NCBI GenBank assembly: GCA_934130375.1
Contig: CAKOXW010000004.1
Coordinates: 25,421 to 89,420 of the forward strand
Origin: an uncultured Bacilli bacterium
GTDB taxonomy: Bacteria; Bacillota_I; Bacilli_A; RF39; UBA660
DNA length: 64,000 nucleotides
Direction: 5' to 3'
Part shown: positions 49,461 to 59,968 of the stretch, in pieces
Layout: every line of letters begins with the position of its first letter
Numbering within the stretch: position 1 is the first letter of the stretch
Notes under the pieces: model-generated
The model's database searches: none
What the model saw: the letters and a program-made list of their open reading frames with translations, nothing else
Told to the model about the DNA's origin: nothing
Made by a program: the position numbers and the translations under genes

Positions 49461-50142
49461 GATTGTATGTTCCTTTCTCATAATCTTCTTTTAATCTTCC
49501 TGCTTCAATTACTATTACTCTTTTCTTCATCCTATTGACCATTTCCTTATCATGCGTTGCCATTATTATTGTTGTACCAAGCTTATTAATTTCATCTAAT
49601 ACTTGCATTATTTCCCAGCTTGTTTCAGGATCTAGATTACCAGTTGGTTCATCACAAAGTAACAATTTAGGTTCATTTACTATTGCTCTTGCAATCGCAA
49701 CTCTTTGCTGTTCACCACCAGATAATTCATTTGGATAATTTTTAGACTTATTTTTAAGACCTACTTGCTCTAAGGCTTTTAGAGTTTTATTTCTTATTTC
49801 CTCATTAGGAAGTCCAAGGATTTCAAGTGCAAAAGCAACATTTTCATAAACTGTTAATCTAGGTAATAACTTATAATCCTGAAACACAATACCTAATTTT
49901 CTTCTTAATTTATATACTTTTCTATTTCTTAACTTAGCAACTTCTATACCACCTATATTAATACTTCCATTAGTAGGTTTTTCTTCTCTATATAATAATT
50001 TAATTAATGTAGATTTACCACTACCAGATTGACCAATTACAAATACAAAATCACCTTTTTTTACTTTTAAATCAAAATCATATATAGCAGTAACACCCGT
50101 CTTATACTTTTTCTCTAAATCTTTAATTCTAATTAGTTCCAC
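49447..50142 (-). CDS. ftsE: cell-division ABC transporter ATPase FtsE
   Basis: GQSGSGKST, LSGGEQQR, LLCDEPTGNLD. GTG start at 50142 preferred (GGAGGTG 8 nt upstream). Confidence 0.85.
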   Translation of the reverse strand: MELIRIKDLEKKYKTGVTAIYDFDLKVKKGDFVFVIGQSGSGKSTLIKLLYREEKPTNGSINIGGIEVAKLRNRKVYKLRRKLGIVFQDYKLLPRLTVYENVAFALEILGLPNEEIRNKTLKALEQVGLKNKSKNYPNELSGGEQQRVAIARAIVNEPKLLLCDEPTGNLDPETSWEIMQVLDEINKLGTTIIMATHDKEMVNRMKKRVIVIEAGRLKEDYEKGTYNHEAD

Positions 50143-50980
50143 TAATTTCACCTCCATGATATGTATAATAAGCATCCATTATTATAAAGAACGATTTATC
50201 ATCTATCTCAGTAATCCTTTTCTTTAACTTCAAATAATCCTTAGTGTATATAGCACACATAAGCATATGATGCTTTTTCTCATCATAACCACCAATAACA
50301 TCTATTTCAGTAATACCTCTTTTAAATTCTTTTTTAATGCATTCTCTTACTTCTTCAGGTTTACTAGTCATTATATAAAACATTTTCCTATTTGATATAC
50401 CAAGCATTATTTTATCTGATATAGTACTTGCTATATATATTATTATTATTGCATATAAAGCACTTCTTATTCCAAATACAAATGCTCCAAAAGCAATTAT
50501 AATACCATCAAATATTAATATACACTTACCCATCTGAATTTTTAATTTAGTAGACATTATCTTCTTAGGAATATCTGTCCCTCCACATAAAAATCCATTC
50601 TTAAATATTAACCCATTACCAATTCCATATATTATACCTGCAAAAATAAGAAGTATAAACTTATCATTGTAATTCAAATGAATGTAATAAGGAATATTTT
50701 CAAACACCTTTATTAATATTGGATACATTACTGAACAATATAACAACTTAACCGTATCATTCTTACCAAACACAAAGTAATTGACAATTATCATTGCAAT
50801 GAAGAATACCGCAATAAATAGTGATTGATCAATTCCAAATACCTCTTTTAATAATACTGCAATACCACTAGTTCCTCCAACTGCGATTTTAAGCGGAGAA
50901 ATAAATAAATCAAACGCAATAACCTGGCAAAATATACCAAGTGTTGCCTCTAAATACTTACGCACCACCTTTAACCTCAT
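50129..50980 (-). CDS. YitT family membrane protein (DUF2179 C-terminal domain), paralog 2
   Basis: Polytopic N-terminus and a C-terminal block (ITEIDVIGGY...MLMCAIYTKDYLKLKKRITEIDDKSFFII). The start is uncertain (ATG 50980 or GTG just downstream). Confidence 0.7.
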   Translation of the reverse strand: MRLKVVRKYLEATLGIFCQVIAFDLFISPLKIAVGGTSGIAVLLKEVFGIDQSLFIAVFFIAMIIVNYFVFGKNDTVKLLYCSVMYPILIKVFENIPYYIHLNYNDKFILLIFAGIIYGIGNGLIFKNGFLCGGTDIPKKIMSTKLKIQMGKCILIFDGIIIAFGAFVFGIRSALYAIIIIYIASTISDKIMLGISNRKMFYIMTSKPEEVRECIKKEFKRGITEIDVIGGYDEKKHHMLMCAIYTKDYLKLKKRITEIDDKSFFIIMDAYYTYHGGEISGTN

Positions 50981-51794
50981 AGGCATCTGTAATAACAAAG
51001 AACGCATCCTCATCAATCTTACTTATACCTTCTTTTAATCTATAGTACTCTCTTGTAGGTATTACACACATTAACATTTTTTGTCTTTCTTTTGTATATC
51101 CACCCTTAACTGGTATTATTGTTACACCATGAGATAGATTAGACATAATATATTCTTTTACTTTTTCTTCTTCATCAGTAATTATATAAAATGCCTTACT
51201 CTTTGATATACCAAGCATTATTCTATCAGTCATTTGACTTAATAAATATAATACAACTAATGCATAAAGCATATTATTCCAACCATAAGTAAATCCACCT
51301 GCAACAACTATTGAACCATCTACTATAAGCATTGCTGTTCCAATAGATGTATTAAAATATTTAGCAACAATCTGATTTAATATATCAGTACCACCTGTTG
51401 TAAATCCCATCTTAAATGTAAGACCATAACCAATTCCTCTTATAACACCCGCAACAACAGCAATCAAAAACATATCACTATTATCTATATGTATTACATT
51501 AGCAATATCACTAGTAAGAGTTACAAAAAATGGAAATAATATCGTACCCACAACAGACCCCATTGTCGTTTTAACACCAAGTAATGGAAAACTAATAATC
51601 AATACTGCAACACATAATATTGTAATTAATAAATTTGGATCAATTATACTTTTAAAAATATTTGCAATACCGTCAACATCACCTGCAACTATATTATTAG
51701 GTTTTAAAAATAAATTGTACGCAAAAGCATAAAGAAACAAACCTACTATCAAAGTTCCATATCTTTTAACATAACTTAATACTTTTTTCTTCAT
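50958..51794 (-). CDS. YitT family membrane protein (DUF2179), paralog 1
   Basis: Same architecture as paralog 2 (VTIIPVKGGYTKERQKMLMCVIPTREYYRLKEGISKIDEDAFFVI). Confidence 0.75.
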   Translation of the reverse strand: MKKKVLSYVKRYGTLIVGLFLYAFAYNLFLKPNNIVAGDVDGIANIFKSIIDPNLLITILCVAVLIISFPLLGVKTTMGSVVGTILFPFFVTLTSDIANVIHIDNSDMFLIAVVAGVIRGIGYGLTFKMGFTTGGTDILNQIVAKYFNTSIGTAMLIVDGSIVVAGGFTYGWNNMLYALVVLYLLSQMTDRIMLGISKSKAFYIITDEEEKVKEYIMSNLSHGVTIIPVKGGYTKERQKMLMCVIPTREYYRLKEGISKIDEDAFFVITDAYEVKGGA

Positions 51795-52871
51795 TATCGC
51801 ACTTCCCTTAAATAAGATTCAATAAACAAATCTATATCACCATCCAACACAGAATTAACATTACTAGTCTCACAATTAGTTCTATGGTCTTTAACTAAAG
51901 AATAAGGACACATCACATAACTTCTTATTTGAGAACCAAAATTAATCTGCATTTGTTCACCTTTTAATTTTCTCTTCTCTTCTTCTTTCTTATCCAATTC
52001 TAATAAATATAACTTACTCCTTAGTATTTCTAAAGCAAGTTCCTTATTCTTAATTTGACTACGCTCATTCTGACAAGTAACAACTATTCTAGTAGGTATA
52101 TGAGTAACCCTAACCGCAGAGTCAGTAGTATTAACACCTTGTCCTCCCGCACCACTACTTCTATACACATCAATTTTTAAGTCCTCATCCTTAATTACAA
52201 TATCAATTTTATTATCAATTTCCGGAGTAACTTCTACAGATGCGAAAGTTGTATGTCTTCTTTTATTAGAATCAAAAGGAGATATTCTAACTAATCTATG
52301 TACACCTCTTTCACACTTCAAATACCCATAAGCATACATTCCCTCAATTTGAATAGAAATACTTTTATAACCAACCTCTTCACCCGGTTCCTTATCAATA
52401 AGAGTTACTTTATAACCCTTCTTAGAAGCATACCTTGTATACATCCTATAAAGCATTGAAACCCAATCACAACTCTCAGTACCACCCGCACCACTATGAA
52501 TTTCAAGAATACAATTATTACTATCCGCTTCCTTATTAAGAAGAGTTAATATTTCAAAATCATTTACCTCCTTAGACAAATTCTCTATTTCCTCAGATAC
52601 AATAGATAATAACTCACTATCACCAAGACTTTCTCTTAAACTATGCTCTAAATCACTAAAACCATCAACCTTAGAAACAATCTTCTTAAGTTCATTTAAT
52701 TTAAGAACAACCTTTTTACTATCATCACTATTCCAAAAATCAGGTTCCATAGTTACTTTTTCTAATTCAGCAATTTCCTTTTTCTTACCTTCTAAGTCAA
52801 AGTAACCTCCTAAAATCCTCTATTTTATTCTTAATTTCATTTAACAAATTCTCTAAATCTTTATTCTCCAT
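51794..52871 (-). CDS. prfB: peptide chain release factor 2, requires a programmed +1 frameshift
   Basis: Frame 0: ATG at 52871, MENKDLENLLNEIKNKIEDFRRLL, then TGA. The +1 frame continues DLEGKKKEIAELEKVTMEPDFWN... and contains SPF and GGQ (SSGAGGQGVNTTDSAVR). Confidence 0.92.
52796..52811 (-). promoter_or_regulatory. RF2 autoregulatory +1 frameshift site
   Basis: Minus strand AGGAGG TTA CTT TGA C: an SD-like AGGAGG three nt upstream of the slippery CUU UGA C. Confidence 0.9.
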
Positions 52872-52932
52872 ATAGTACCTCATTATGATTATAACACAAA
52901 AAGAGACATTTAGTCTCTTTTATATTTATTAA

Positions 52933-53805
52933 TTAACTCTTTTTATACAAATTTATTTTACCCTCTTTATATTTCTTTAATATTTTATTCCAAATATCAT
53001 CCTCAACAATTCTCTCTTTCTTAGGATGCACTAAAAACCTAACATCTAATTCAACATAATCATCCACAACCTTAGTGTATATAATTGGCTCTAAGTGATT
53101 ATAATAAATTCTATAATCCAAAGAAGCATCCTCTATCGCCTTATTCATTTTCTTAGGAATTCTAGATACAATACCATTTTCATTTACTATCTTTAATATT
53201 TCTTTTTTATTTTTATCAATATCACAATCAATAGGCACTTTAACTACTATTTCATCCCATATATACTTAAATGCTGTATTATAATTCTTTAAAGCCTTAG
53301 TAAATATATAAGAATTAGGTATATTTATAATAAGACCACTACTTTGTTCACCATTAATCCTATCACCAACCTCAAGTATCTTAAAAGAAAGCGCATTAAT
53401 AACAACTACATCCCCTTTAATACCATCTACTTCAATCCTATCTTCAAGTTTAAAAGGTTTTTTAGCATTTATAAAGAAACCTGCAAAAAGATTGAAAATA
53501 ACATCCCTCATCGCAATTGTAATACCAGCAGACACAAAAGAGATAATAGTAATTAAATCTTTTAAATACTTAGACCAAATAAGAAAAATACCAATATAAA
53601 TAGCAATATCTAATAAAATAGTAACCCTATGATTAAACAAAAAAACTTTCCTAGAAGTCTTAATATTCTTAGCACATATCATAACTATTAACTTACTAAT
53701 TAACTTTAAAACAACAATCAACAATATTGTTCTTAATACCAAAACAAAATACTCATTATCCATAGAAAATATAGTTTCTATAGTACTTAATATATCCTTA
53801 AACAT
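52933..53805 (-). CDS. MscS-family mechanosensitive channel
   Basis: Three TM segments followed by a beta-domain block FKLEDRIEVDGIKGDVVVINALSFKILEV. Start MFKDIL with RBS AAGGAGGG. Confidence 0.65.
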   Translation of the reverse strand: MFKDILSTIETIFSMDNEYFVLVLRTILLIVVLKLISKLIVMICAKNIKTSRKVFLFNHRVTILLDIAIYIGIFLIWSKYLKDLITIISFVSAGITIAMRDVIFNLFAGFFINAKKPFKLEDRIEVDGIKGDVVVINALSFKILEVGDRINGEQSSGLIINIPNSYIFTKALKNYNTAFKYIWDEIVVKVPIDCDIDKNKKEILKIVNENGIVSRIPKKMNKAIEDASLDYRIYYNHLEPIIYTKVVDDYVELDVRFLVHPKKERIVEDDIWNKILKKYKEGKINLYKKS

Positions 53806-53854
53806 AATCCCTCCTTGAACTTCACATTGTAGCACAAAAAAATTGCCAAAGCAA

Positions 53855-54514
53855 TTATTTTATTTTTATTTTATCCATTGTAACATCAGTATAATCAAGT
53901 ATTGTAAACCTATTTGGTTTAAAATAAGGATATTCTTCCATAGTATCAAGCGGATTATCAACTATATTCTGAATTAAATAGAAATTACCAAAATTATCAA
54001 CACCTATTTTGTACACCTTATACTTAGTCTTAACTAACCTTTGATTACCAGTATAAGTAACCATATTCTCATCCTTAGTGTAACCAACTACCCTCTTAAA
54101 ACCATCAACAGGAACACTTTCAAGATTATCAATCTTATTTATATAAATATTTTTATCATCAAAATAATGTTTTACATCCTCTTCATAATAAACATACTCA
54201 TATTCAATATATGGTTTATTCTCTAATATGCTATTCTCAATATATGACACATTGTCACTCACTCTAACTAACCCATAATAATCAAGCACTTGTAATTCAT
54301 AATCAAGACCCTTATCATAAGGAATAGTATCTTCAGTCTTAATATAACCATCAACTACTCTATTCTCACTCTCTATTAACTTAACTACACCTTGTTTTTC
54401 ATAAACATGCAAATGCCTATCATCATTGCAACCAGATAATAAAGAGGTACTAACTAACAAAGACAATCCTAATGCAACAGACCTTGTATACTTATTACTT
54501 TTACTAATTTTCAT
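53855..54514 (-). CDS. lipoprotein, function unknown
   Basis: Lipobox SLLSGC. 219 aa. Confidence 0.6.
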   Translation of the reverse strand: MKISKSNKYTRSVALGLSLLVSTSLLSGCNDDRHLHVYEKQGVVKLIESENRVVDGYIKTEDTIPYDKGLDYELQVLDYYGLVRVSDNVSYIENSILENKPYIEYEYVYYEEDVKHYFDDKNIYINKIDNLESVPVDGFKRVVGYTKDENMVTYTGNQRLVKTKYKVYKIGVDNFGNFYLIQNIVDNPLDTMEEYPYFKPNRFTILDYTDVTMDKIKIK

Positions 54515-54540
54515 ATAACCACCCCACTTAATTGATGCTT

Positions 54541-54569
54541 ATTATATTCTTATTTATAAGAAATGTCAA
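54541..54569 (-). promoter_or_regulatory. sigma-A-type promoter of the lipoprotein gene
   Basis: Minus strand TTGACA (54564-54569), 17 nt, TATAAT (54541-54546). Confidence 0.6.
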
Positions 54570-54812
54570 ATTAAATTGAAGTTGATATATATTCCCGTAT
54601 AATTCAGGTCATTTAGAAACTTCAAAGATAGAATCACGATATGCAAAAAATTATTACATGTGAAAAAGCCAGTGCATTTTAAGCACCAGCTTTATCAAAT
54701 TATTTTATCAAAAGTTTTGGACAAACAAATATCTACTCATAATCAAACAACGTGGTGTTCCACTGGCGTTGAGCCAGTTTGGAACACATAAAAATTATTA
54801 TTATTTGCAACA

Positions 54813-56042
54813 TTAACCAAGTTTAAACATATCATCTTTGGTACCACTACCATCTATTATCTCTACATTTGAGTTTAGATATACGGAAGGGCGAACACCA
54901 TCGCGATACCACGCACTATAGTAGTCCAAGCGACCGCCACCGCTCACATGGAACACGCCGTCAGCATTAGACGAATGCGGCGATATTGTCCAGTACCAAA
55001 CACCTTTAAATAGCCAGTTATTGTTCTCACACATACTATCACTATCAAATGGATCTTGACTGCAACTTTCATCAGTACTTGCAAATACATAATCGCTTGG
55101 GTACATTAGTCCAATATAATCGCTTGATGTTGGTGCATGATCACTATAAACTTCTGCACCTCTTTCCTTTGTATATAGTTGATTTACTGGCTTTGTTCCA
55201 TAATCAATGCCTCCTAAATTCCACATTGTTTTTTGTATCATACTCTTTGCTGTTGCATTAATTTTATTTATATTTGGACATATTATTGTTGCATTTGTTG
55301 CTCTCGATGCACCACTTGTTTCTGAATGACAAGTTATTGTTTTTCCTTCATAATAGTAATCATTTAAGAATTCTCTTAAATATGAATTCGTCCAGTCGTT
55401 TGTTCCATAATTACTATCAATTCCTTGTGCAGTTGTTTTATTATCAAATGAATATGTAGTTAATATATCATCTCTTACTAATTTTAGATTACTTCCAAAT
55501 ACACCTATTATTCTCCATGCTTCACCATTGAATTCTACATAGTTGTTTGGATTTGCTCCTACATATCTAATATTATTATCACTTGTTGTATCTTTCTCTA
55601 ACCCATTTGCTGTTCTTTTTTCTTCATCATTATATAACTCTTTAATAAAATCAACAGCTGTTTTTGTACTGCCAGTTGAAGCAACTGCTGTTGCATTGTC
55701 TTTCGTACCATTTATTACTGAAAGTCCTTCAAACTTACCCTTTCCTACTAAAGTAACCTTAGCAGTATTACCTTCAAAAGTTATACTACAATTACCATAA
55801 TCAGTATCATTTAATTTTACTACATCACTACAATTGATACTGCCACTATCTTCTAGTATTTCCTTCTCCATCTTCTTTTTTTCTGCCTGACTTGCTATAG
55901 TCTTCGCACTGCTCTCAAATGACGCTATCTTACTATTTTTTATTGTGTCAGTAATTTTAGGTACCGCAATAACAAGTATTACTGCTAGTATTACTATTAC
56001 TGCAAGTAATTCAACCAAAGTAAACCCATTTTTCTTCTTCAT
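54813..56042 (-). CDS. modular type IV pilin-like protein A (prepilin N-terminus + ~120-aa pilin module + ~280-aa C-terminal module)
   Basis: MKKKNG|FTLVELLAVIVILAVILVIAVP is a class III signal peptide with an N-methylation motif. The C-terminal module ends WYWTISP...GVRPSVYL. Start at M9 (RBS AGAGGGTGA). Confidence 0.75.
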   Translation of the reverse strand: MKKKNGFTLVELLAVIVILAVILVIAVPKITDTIKNSKIASFESSAKTIASQAEKKKMEKEILEDSGSINCSDVVKLNDTDYGNCSITFEGNTAKVTLVGKGKFEGLSVINGTKDNATAVASTGSTKTAVDFIKELYNDEEKRTANGLEKDTTSDNNIRYVGANPNNYVEFNGEAWRIIGVFGSNLKLVRDDILTTYSFDNKTTAQGIDSNYGTNDWTNSYLREFLNDYYYEGKTITCHSETSGASRATNATIICPNINKINATAKSMIQKTMWNLGGIDYGTKPVNQLYTKERGAEVYSDHAPTSSDYIGLMYPSDYVFASTDESCSQDPFDSDSMCENNNWLFKGVWYWTISPHSSNADGVFHVSGGGRLDYYSAWYRDGVRPSVYLNSNVEIIDGSGTKDDMFKLG

Positions 56043-56308
56043 TATTTCACCCTCTCTACTATACATAAAGTATACACTGAAATAATATTTTAATCAATTG
56101 ATTTATATTAAAAATATGCTATCATGAATATGTGAAGAAATTCTTCATAAAATATAAAAGGAACACTTAATCAGTAATTAGGTGCTGCCTTACAAATTAG
56201 GTAATTTTTTATTTTCTATTAAAGATAGCGAACCACAAATAGAAGAAGGATAATTACAAGTATTTATTAAAAAAGTACAAGTTTAGTAAATTTGTATTTT
56301 TTTTATTA

Positions 56309-56327
56309 CTTAAGCCCACGAATACAA
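56309..56327 (-). repeat. terminator-adjacent conserved motif, copy 4 (TTAAGCCCACGAATACAAA)
   Basis: On the minus strand it follows the dinB hairpin AATAAGA/TCTTATT (56330-56354) and T-run. Confidence 0.8.
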
Positions 56328-56337
56328 AAAAATAAGA

Positions 56338-57501
56338 CTACTTTATAATCTTATTTCCAAATTTATTTCTTAATTCCTCAATTGTTTTATTAATTTTCTC
56401 ATCGTTAATTTTGGCATCAATATCTTCAAATAAAGATATTTGATAATCATTAGTATCACTAAGAGCATCAAGCCTAATACCAATTAATCTAACAGGAGTT
56501 AAGTCCCAGTGCTCTTTAAATAATTTTTTAGAAACCTCATATATAGTATCACTAGAATTAGTAGCATTATCTAACTTCTTTTGCTTAGATGTAGTTTTAA
56601 AATACTTATCTTTTACTATTATAGCAATTGTATTAGCATATTTATTTTTCTTTTTTAACTCACTTCCAAGTTTAATAGAAATTAACTTTAACTCCTTATT
56701 TATCTCAGTTATATCATCATAATCATAAAGTAAAGTATTAGTTGTACTTATACACTTAGGATCACTTATATCACTTATTACCTCACTATTATCAATTCCA
56801 TTTGCTATATCAATAAGGTACTTTGATTGATTTTTAAAATATGGATATAGTACTTCCTTAGAAGAATGTGCAAGGTCATATATAGTATTTATACCAAGTT
56901 TAATCATTTTCTCTTGACTACTTTTTCCAACACCATATAAATCTCCAATAGGAAGAGGCCACATTTTCTTACTAATTTCATTATTATATAAAGTATGTAC
57001 TTTATTTGGTTTTTCAAAATCAGATGCCATCTTCGCACATAATTTGTTATTAGCAATACCAATATTTACAGTAAATCCAAATTTCTTATAAATTGTATTC
57101 TTTAATTTATGCGCAAAAACAAGTTCATCACCATACAAATTCTTAACCTTACCATAATCAAGAAAGCACTCATCCACAGATACTTGTTCAATATCACTTG
57201 TAATTCTTTTTATATACGAAAAAAGAGCATTAGACATCTTCTTATAAAGTTCATGGTTAGGAGGATATACTTTTAAATCTCTATACTTTTTCCTTGCAGA
57301 ATACAAAGTTTCACCAGTTACAATTCCTAGTTTCTTAGCATATATAGATTTAGCAAGTACAATACCTCTTCTCTTGGTTTCATCTCCACCAATAACTGAT
57401 ACTTCTTTTCTTATGTCATAATGCCCATTTTTAAGCATTTCAACTGCAGTAAAGGACAAAAAAGCATTATTAACATCTATATGCATTATTATCCTTTCCA
57501 C
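56338..57501 (-). CDS. dinB: DNA polymerase IV (Y-family)
   Basis: IMHIDVNNAFLS (catalytic Asp block), VSVDECFLD, ANNKLCAKMASD, GVGKSS. Confidence 0.85.
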   Translation of the reverse strand: MERIIMHIDVNNAFLSFTAVEMLKNGHYDIRKEVSVIGGDETKRRGIVLAKSIYAKKLGIVTGETLYSARKKYRDLKVYPPNHELYKKMSNALFSYIKRITSDIEQVSVDECFLDYGKVKNLYGDELVFAHKLKNTIYKKFGFTVNIGIANNKLCAKMASDFEKPNKVHTLYNNEISKKMWPLPIGDLYGVGKSSQEKMIKLGINTIYDLAHSSKEVLYPYFKNQSKYLIDIANGIDNSEVISDISDPKCISTTNTLLYDYDDITEINKELKLISIKLGSELKKKNKYANTIAIIVKDKYFKTTSKQKKLDNATNSSDTIYEVSKKLFKEHWDLTPVRLIGIRLDALSDTNDYQISLFEDIDAKINDEKINKTIEELRNKFGNKIIK

Positions 57502-57505
57502 ATTA

Positions 57506-58696
57506 TCACTCCTCTGAATAGTTAGTAAAGTAATTTTGTACTAAAACAACAGGTGTACCCTTATCTCCACTACCACTTGTTAAGTCGCATAAAGACCCAA
57601 GTAAATCAACATACCTTCTTGGTGTTGTACCTTGTGTAGCCATAGTACCTTTTAAATTACTAGCCTTATTTTTTATTTCCTCTTTTATCGCATTATTCAA
57701 TGCTTCCCCACTTAAATCTTTAAATTTATTTTCAGACAAATATTTTAGTTTTAATTCATTTGGACTACCATTTAATCCTTCAGTATATGCAGGAGAAACA
57801 ACTGGGTCAGCAAGCTCCCAAATTTTACCAACAGGATCTTTAAATGCTCCATCACCATATACCATTACTTCAATATTCTTACCAGTTACTTCTTTTAATT
57901 TATTTTGAATTTTCTTAACTAATACATCACCAGTTCTTGGGAATAACTTAACTCTTTCATCAGTTGCCCTATTACTACCTAATAAACCATATAAAGGATT
58001 ATATCCAGAACCATTTACTGGCTCATTTAATATTTCAGTTAAACTAATAACATTTGCATTTGCTTCTAATAATTTCTTTTTAGTAATTTCTCTAGTATGA
58101 ATATCAGATACTATAACGTCATTAGTATACTTTAATATATCAAGTACATTATTACTTAAAATTATATTAGCGCTACAATTTTCTTTCTCAATTATATCTT
58201 TATAAATATCAACATAATTAACACCAGTAAACTCATGCTTAAAGTGATGAAACTTCTCCATATACTCATCTTCAGTAATTAAATGAGAATAAGGGTTAAT
58301 ATTATATTTTTCCATATCACTTTCATAAAGAATACTATTACCAACTTCATCCTTAGGATAACTCAACATTACAGTTACCTTATCAGTACTTCTTGCAATC
58401 GCACTTAATAATACTGCAAATCTATTTCTACTAATAATTGGAAATACAACTCCAATATGTTTACTATTATTTAACTTTCTTTTAATATCAAAAACAATAT
58501 CATCAAGAGTTGCAAAATTACCTTCACTAATTCCAACAACTGCTTCAGTTACTGCAACAACATCCCTATCATTAAACTCAAAATTACCCTCTTTACTAGC
58601 ATTTAATAAAGAATTAACAACTATTTCACTTAAATCACAATTCTCTTTTATAACAGGTGTCTTAATACCCCTTACTACTGTACCAATATTTTTCAT
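57506..58696 (-). CDS. CofE-like (F420-0:gamma-glutamyl ligase fold) protein
   Basis: The N-terminal block IKTPVIKENCDLSEIVV...DRDVVAVTEAVVGISEGN resembles the F420_ligase family. The function in a non-F420 organism is unknown. Confidence 0.45.
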   Translation of the reverse strand: MKNIGTVVRGIKTPVIKENCDLSEIVVNSLLNASKEGNFEFNDRDVVAVTEAVVGISEGNFATLDDIVFDIKRKLNNSKHIGVVFPIISRNRFAVLLSAIARSTDKVTVMLSYPKDEVGNSILYESDMEKYNINPYSHLITEDEYMEKFHHFKHEFTGVNYVDIYKDIIEKENCSANIILSNNVLDILKYTNDVIVSDIHTREITKKKLLEANANVISLTEILNEPVNGSGYNPLYGLLGSNRATDERVKLFPRTGDVLVKKIQNKLKEVTGKNIEVMVYGDGAFKDPVGKIWELADPVVSPAYTEGLNGSPNELKLKYLSENKFKDLSGEALNNAIKEEIKNKASNLKGTMATQGTTPRRYVDLLGSLCDLTSGSGDKGTPVVLVQNYFTNYSEE

Positions 58697-59340
58697 TATT
58701 TACTCTTTCCTTTCTTAACCTTGTTCTTCTTACTTAATTCCTTAATATCATTAGATAACTTATTTATTCTAATAGTACTATATACAAAACTAGATATAGT
58801 CACTAAAGAAATTATTCCACAAGTTACATAAACTGGTGTAAAGTCTACTTTATTTTCCTCTTCCTTAGCTTCTTTCATTTCAAATAGGACATCATATCTT
58901 TTTTTCTTATTATATTCTTTTTTTATTGCTTCTTTTATTGCTTCATCGTAATCAGTTGAATAGCCATTAAATACAGTATCTCCAATTATTGCATATGGAA
59001 TACCTTCACTTGGTTGATTTAAAAATTCACTTACCTCATCTAATAACTTATCACTATTTCTATCATTCCAAACATCATATGCGATTACATTAAAATATTT
59101 TCCATATTCAGGCACAATATCATTAAGATAAGATAAAAATGCTCTACAAAACTTACAACCCTTACCTCTAAAGAAATAAATTGTAATCTTATCATCACTT
59201 TCAGTATAATTAGAAAAGTCATGTTCTATTCCTTCCTCAGTTAATACCTCATCAAAATTCATAACTTTATACTCTGTTTCCGCATAAATAGATGGTATAA
59301 ACATAAATACCATCAAAAGTACTACTAATAATTTCTTCAT
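58696..59340 (-). CDS. secreted thioredoxin-fold protein (CxxC = CKFC) with C-terminal TM anchor
   Basis: Signal peptide MKKLLVVLLMVFMFIPSIYA, YFFRGKGCKFCRAF, and a C-terminal hydrophobic segment plus basic tail. Confidence 0.65.
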   Translation of the reverse strand: MKKLLVVLLMVFMFIPSIYAETEYKVMNFDEVLTEEGIEHDFSNYTESDDKITIYFFRGKGCKFCRAFLSYLNDIVPEYGKYFNVIAYDVWNDRNSDKLLDEVSEFLNQPSEGIPYAIIGDTVFNGYSTDYDEAIKEAIKKEYNKKKRYDVLFEMKEAKEEENKVDFTPVYVTCGIISLVTISSFVYSTIRINKLSNDIKELSKKNKVKKGKSK

Positions 59341-59341
59341 C

Positions 59342-59866
59342 TTAACCTCCAAAATACATATTATTATCTTTTTCAAATTGCAATGTTGTCTTCTCTCCAT
59401 GACCTGGATAAATAACTATATTCCCATCATATTTTTTAATCTTCTCAATACTCTTTTTCATATCACTATAGTTACCACCTTCTAAATCAGTTCTTCCAAT
59501 ACTATTTCTAAATATAAAATCACCAACAAACATACAATTATCATCCTTAAAGTAATAACTTACCGCATCCTCTTTGTGCCTAGGTGTCTTTATCATTTCA
59601 AATTCAAAATTTGAAATAGAGTTAAAACCCTCTTTTAAATTACTATAATCATACACACCTATGTGGTAGTCATTAACCAAACTAGATAGTGCTCCCACAT
59701 GGTCGAAATGATGATGAGTAATTAGTACACCTACAACATTACCATCAAGGCATTTCTTAATTTTATGATATTCATCTCCTGGATCAATAACTAGAATATT
59801 ATTATCTTTCTTTAAAATATAACAATTTTCTTCTAAATAACCAACTATTACTATTTTAATCTCCAT
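59342..59866 (-). CDS. MBL-fold metallo-hydrolase
   Basis: ITHHHFDHVGA motif (HxHxDH). ~175 aa. Confidence 0.8.
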   Translation of the reverse strand: MEIKIVIVGYLEENCYILKKDNNILVIDPGDEYHKIKKCLDGNVVGVLITHHHFDHVGALSSLVNDYHIGVYDYSNLKEGFNSISNFEFEMIKTPRHKEDAVSYYFKDDNCMFVGDFIFRNSIGRTDLEGGNYSDMKKSIEKIKKYDGNIVIYPGHGEKTTLQFEKDNNMYFGG

Positions 59867-59968
59867 AATATTCACCATTTGAAGTGTAACACAAAATAAA
59901 AGAAAACTCTATTATATTTAATAAAGTTTACATTTTTTTTATTGCATATCAAATAATAAATAAGAATA

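Noticed and set aside
56132-56146. Palindrome TGAAGAA-A-TTCTTCA and nearby AATTAGGT direct repeats upstream of pilin A, considered as ends of an invertible promoter
   Set aside because: No long inverted repeats flank the 270-bp intergenic region and no recombinase gene is adjacent. The palindrome is short enough to be an ordinary operator or chance.
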